Positions 6,688 through 9,409 of a stretch of 9,409 bases of DNA are shown piece by piece. Under the pieces are notes generated by a model that was not told the DNA's origin, did no database searches, and saw only the letters and a list, made by a program, of their open reading frames with translations. The DNA lies in UHGV virus genome UHGV-0216968, one strand, 5' to 3'. Positions within the stretch are counted from its first letter, which is position 1. The number at the start of each line of letters is the position of its first letter. This DNA comes from a virus. Made by a program: the position numbers and the translations under genes.

Positions 6688-6828
6688 GTTGAGTCCGTCA
6701 CACCACGCAAAAAAAAGGCCGGAATGTTCCGACCCCTTCATCACCAAAGAGAATAATTTATGTCTTTGAACTTGTAACGCTGCACAGAATGACACGTAAC
6801 GCCGGATAAATAAACGAAGATTGAAACT

Positions 6829-6858
6829 TTGCACACTATTGCATAGCAATGCATAAAG
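6829..6858. promoter_or_regulatory. phased TTGCA(C/T) repeats upstream of the capsid gene, candidate late promoter/activator site
   Basis: TTGCAC (6829-6834), TTGCAT (6839-6844) and ATGCAT (6849-6854) at exact 10-bp spacing, including the inverted repeat TGCAT-agca-ATGCA (6840-6853). Located about 65 bp upstream of the capsid gene start in an AT-rich intergenic region. Confidence 0.3.
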
Positions 6859-6919
6859 ATGCCGAACAAGGCTGATGATAAGATTAACGCGACACTTTTA
6901 CTAAGTATTAAGAGGTTGT

Positions 6920-7960
6920 ATGAGTGATTTATATTCGCCAGCTATGTTAATACAGGTTGTTAATGCCGAAGATATTCAATGGCAGATTAATTCTTTATTT
7001 ATAAACCTTTTTTTTAAGCGAGTCGTTACATTTGAGACGCGGGATATTGCGCTTGATATTATTGACGATCCAGACATCCCGATGGCTGCATTTTGTTCCC
7101 CTATGGTTGGTAGCAAAGTCTCACGCGATGAAGGCTACGAATCGAAAGTAATTCGTCCTGGCTACATGAAGCCAAAAAGTAGTATCGATCCAAATAAAAT
7201 AGCCGTTCGTCAACCAGGCGTATCACCGGAACAATTCAATGCATATTCATCACGCAGTTTCAAAATAAAGCGAGCGTTAGTAAGACAAGCGCAGGCAATT
7301 CGTGCGCGTATTGAGTGGCTTGCTGTTCAGGCGGTTACAACGGGGAAAAATATCATTGAAGGCGATGGAATTGAACGTTATGAACTGGACTGGAATATAA
7401 AACCACAAAATATTATCACGCAGTCCGGCGGTACGGAGTGGAGCGGTAGAGATTTATCAACATTTGATCCAAACGATGACATCGAAGAGTACGCAGAAAT
7501 CAGCGAAGGTACTACAAATATCATCGTAATGGGCCGCAACGTATGGAAAAAATACCGCGCCTTTAAAGCAGTAAAAGATTGCCTTGATACTCGACGGGGA
7601 TCTAATTCCGTTCTTGAAACGGCCCTGAAAAATCTTGGGGATTCTGTAAGCTTCAAGGGTTACGTTGGCGATGTTGCTATTGTGGTATATAGCGGACGTT
7701 ATACCGACGAGGACGGAACTGAAAGATATTTCCTTGATCCTGATTTGATGGTGCTTGGCAACACATCATTACAGGGCATCGTTGCCTACGGTGGCATTCA
7801 GGATCCTGAGTTAATCAGAATGGGGCTTACTAAAGCCGAACTTGCGCCGAAAAATTACATCGTACCAGGTGATCCGGCTATTGAGTACGTACAAACGCAC
7901 TCTGCACCACAGCCAATACCGGCCCGCATCAATCGTTTTGTTACCGTTCGCATTGGTTAA
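6920..7960 (+). CDS. major capsid protein, lambda gpE family, 346 aa
   Basis: AGAGG at 6911-6915 precedes the ATG. Blocks shared with lambda gpE as I recall it: NIITQSGGTEWSGRD, FDPNDDIEEYA, NIIVMG, FKAVKDCLDTRRGSNSVLETA, GDVAIVVYSG, MVLGNT, GDPA. Length is close to lambda E (341 aa). Confidence 0.92.
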   Translation: MSDLYSPAMLIQVVNAEDIQWQINSLFINLFFKRVVTFETRDIALDIIDDPDIPMAAFCSPMVGSKVSRDEGYESKVIRPGYMKPKSSIDPNKIAVRQPGVSPEQFNAYSSRSFKIKRALVRQAQAIRARIEWLAVQAVTTGKNIIEGDGIERYELDWNIKPQNIITQSGGTEWSGRDLSTFDPNDDIEEYAEISEGTTNIIVMGRNVWKKYRAFKAVKDCLDTRRGSNSVLETALKNLGDSVSFKGYVGDVAIVVYSGRYTDEDGTERYFLDPDLMVLGNTSLQGIVAYGGIQDPELIRMGLTKAELAPKNYIVPGDPAIEYVQTHSAPQPIPARINRFVTVRIG

Positions 7961-7969
7961 GGGGGAGCA

Positions 7970-8311
7970 ATGGCTACTCATTACACTGAACTCATGGCTG
8001 GCACTGAAGCACTGGTTACTACGTTGGGGATATTTTCAGCTAATAAAGGGGTAATTCCTGCATTTACGCCACTGATGCAAGAAGATGCAACTGGTGCACT
8101 GGTGGTATGGGATGGAACGAGCGCAGGCAAAGCTGTTTATGTTTCCGCTGTACAAATCGATACAGCGACAAAAACGCAGGCTCAGGTTTATAAAACCGGC
8201 GTCTTAAATGTTGATGCTCTGAACTGGCCTGAATCTGTAACACAACTATCAGCAAAAGTTGCTGCGTTTGTTGGCTCAGGTATTTCTGTTCAGCCGCTGG
8301 CACGTGTGTGA
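7970..8311 (+). CDS. head decoration protein, lambda gpD family, 113 aa
   Basis: Strong Shine-Dalgarno AAGGGGGAG before the ATG at 7970. Matches lambda gpD blocks: THY, TPLM, VVWDGT, YKTG...WPE, AAF.G.GIS. Size is close to lambda D (110 aa). Confidence 0.85.
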   Translation: MATHYTELMAGTEALVTTLGIFSANKGVIPAFTPLMQEDATGALVVWDGTSAGKAVYVSAVQIDTATKTQAQVYKTGVLNVDALNWPESVTQLSAKVAAFVGSGISVQPLARV

Positions 8312-8320
8312 GGTACGAGA

Positions 8321-8665
8321 ATGATTGAAAGAGATAGTCAGCTACGAGAGCTATTAGATATCGATGATAAAATGCGCTTAAGCGAGCGTCTTGTCGATAT
8401 GGATCAGGTAGTGGAGCTTACAACCCTTAGCCGTCGCACATTGCTAAACCTTGAGGCTCGCGGAGAGTTCCCCGAACGCGTACAGGTTACGAAAGGCCGC
8501 AAGGCATGGTATTTAAGCGAAGTTGTTGCGTGGATTAACAACATTCCGCGCGCATCAAATTATTGCCTTGTTCCCACCCCCGAAAAACCTGATGCGGCGT
8601 TATGCCTCAAGATTGAACGCGCCAGGCGTAATGCCCTGAAAGGGCGCAATAAGTTGATTGGTTGA
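8321..8665 (+). CDS. second AlpA/excisionase-like HTH protein, 114 aa
   Basis: GAGGT at 8311-8315 precedes the ATG. Central region VVELTTLSRRTLLNLEARGEFPERVQVTKGRKAWYLSEVVAWI is a MerR/AlpA-type HTH. Stop lies 26 bp before the cosQ-like sequence. Confidence 0.7.
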   Translation: MIERDSQLRELLDIDDKMRLSERLVDMDQVVELTTLSRRTLLNLEARGEFPERVQVTKGRKAWYLSEVVAWINNIPRASNYCLVPTPEKPDAALCLKIERARRNALKGRNKLIG

Positions 8666-8691
8666 TGAAATTAGGGCCCGTTCTGGCTGGC

Positions 8692-8756
8692 GGGTCCTTT
8701 CCGGCGATCCGGCAGGCTACGGGGCGGCGACCTCGCGGGTTTTCGCTATTTATGAG
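8692..8756 (+). other. lambda-type cohesive end site (cosQ-like, cosN, proximal cosB)
   Basis: GGGCGGCGACCT at 8722-8733 equals the lambda 12-nt cohesive end. Upstream CGGGTCCTTTCCGGCGATCCGGCAGGCTACG matches the lambda right end with 3 substitutions. Downstream CGCGGGTTTTCGCTATTTATGA matches lambda left-end nt 13-34. Comparison is from memory of the lambda sequence. Confidence 0.8.
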
Positions 8757-8866
8757 CCTTTTTCGGGTGCTGGTGGTGGTTTTGTTGTTCGCTCTATCTC
8801 TATGAATAAAAAGGAAAAGATAAAGCCAATACACCAACCTGAAACATTACTTAAGTGGGGATATTG

Positions 8867-9409
8867 ATGAAATCGCACCTGATGAACAAAAAAAACATGG
8901 CGCAAAGCTGCCGTGTAAGTGCGACAGCGTTCGACAAGTGGGGAGTGACTCCCGTTGAACGTAAAGGCCGCGAGGCGTTTTATGATGTTGCCAGCGTAAT
9001 AGACAATCGGGTTAGCAATGCAATTAACCAGATTACAGACGACAAAGGCGAGATTGATGATGATGAACTCCTACGAGTCAGGATCAGATTGCTGACAGCA
9101 CAGGCAGAGGCGCAGGAGCTTAAAAACGAGCGCGAACGCGGCGACGTTATTGATACAGCGTTTTGTATATACGTGCTTTCAAAATTGGCGAGTCAGATTT
9201 CTTCAATCATGGACAGCCTGCCGCTTGCCATGACAAGGAAGTTTCCCGACATGAAGCCGTCTATGCTGGATGGACTGAAAAAAGAAGTTATCAGAGCCTG
9301 TAACGCATGCGCAAAACTTGACGAAAACATACCGCTGATGCTGTCCGATTATCTGATGGAAACTGCCGGAAACGTACCGGATAAGTTGCAGCCGAATAAA
9401 GATAAGTAA
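8867..9409 (+). CDS. terminase small subunit, lambda Nu1 family, 180 aa
   Basis: ATG at 8867; alternative starts are GTG 8855 and ATG 8882. The N-terminus (MNKKNMAQSCRVSATAFDKWG...FYDVASVIDNR) parallels the Nu1 winged HTH (MEVNKKQLADIFGASIRTIQNWQ...LYDSAAVIKWY). The C-terminal half is strongly Nu1-like (RLLTAQAEAQELKNERERGDVIDTAFCIYVLSKLASQISSIMDSLPLAMTRKFPDMK). Stop falls at the window end. Confidence 0.88.
   Translation: MKSHLMNKKNMAQSCRVSATAFDKWGVTPVERKGREAFYDVASVIDNRVSNAINQITDDKGEIDDDELLRVRIRLLTAQAEAQELKNERERGDVIDTAFCIYVLSKLASQISSIMDSLPLAMTRKFPDMKPSMLDGLKKEVIRACNACAKLDENIPLMLSDYLMETAGNVPDKLQPNKDK

Noticed and set aside
7378-8303. ORFs 7378-7656 (minus), 7842-8054 (plus) and 8064-8303 (minus)
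   Set aside because: They overlap the gpE-like and gpD-like genes in other frames or strands and have no start-site support.
8658-8867. 69-aa plus-strand ORF
   Set aside because: It spans the cos site (cosQ/cosN/cosB), which is a functional DNA element. No Shine-Dalgarno, and the Gly/Ala-rich translation is typical of GC-rich non-coding DNA.
1-9409. Intact lambdoid prophage
   Set aside because: Within the window there are no immunity (cI/cro), N/Q antitermination, lysis or tail genes. The replication module is RepA/iteron/SSB rather than O/P, and E-D precede cos. A satellite-type island is the better fit, but the sequence to the right is unseen.

Overview
The window reads as the left ~9.2 kb of a tRNA-integrated mobile island of phage-satellite (PICI/P4-like) type, not an ordinary chromosomal region. 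In order: the tail of a flanking host gene (1-120), tRNA-Pro(GGG) with promoter and terminator (153-339), a P4-family tyrosine integrase (481-1722), a small stand-alone gene, an AlpA-family regulator (2222-2428), a divergently transcribed ribbon-helix-helix gene with operator-like repeats (2579-3340), a translationally coupled run of four small unknown ORFs leading into a RepA/DnaB-like replication ATPase (3414-5774), an iteron-type origin (5765-5973), and an SSB with the DDIPF tail (6225-6647). After a strong hairpin comes a morphogenesis/packaging block: a lambda gpE-like major capsid protein (6920-7960), a gpD-like decoration protein (7970-8311), a second AlpA-like HTH protein (8321-8665), a lambda-type cos site whose cohesive-end core GGGCGGCGACCT sits at 8722-8733, and a Nu1-like small terminase (8867-9409). 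The most interesting reading is a cos-packaged satellite that makes its own capsid shell and packaging-specificity proteins, in a gene order unlike lambda. All homology calls rest on reading the translations and on remembered lambda, P4 and E. coli sequences; no database search was run. The right end of the island and its attR lie outside the window.
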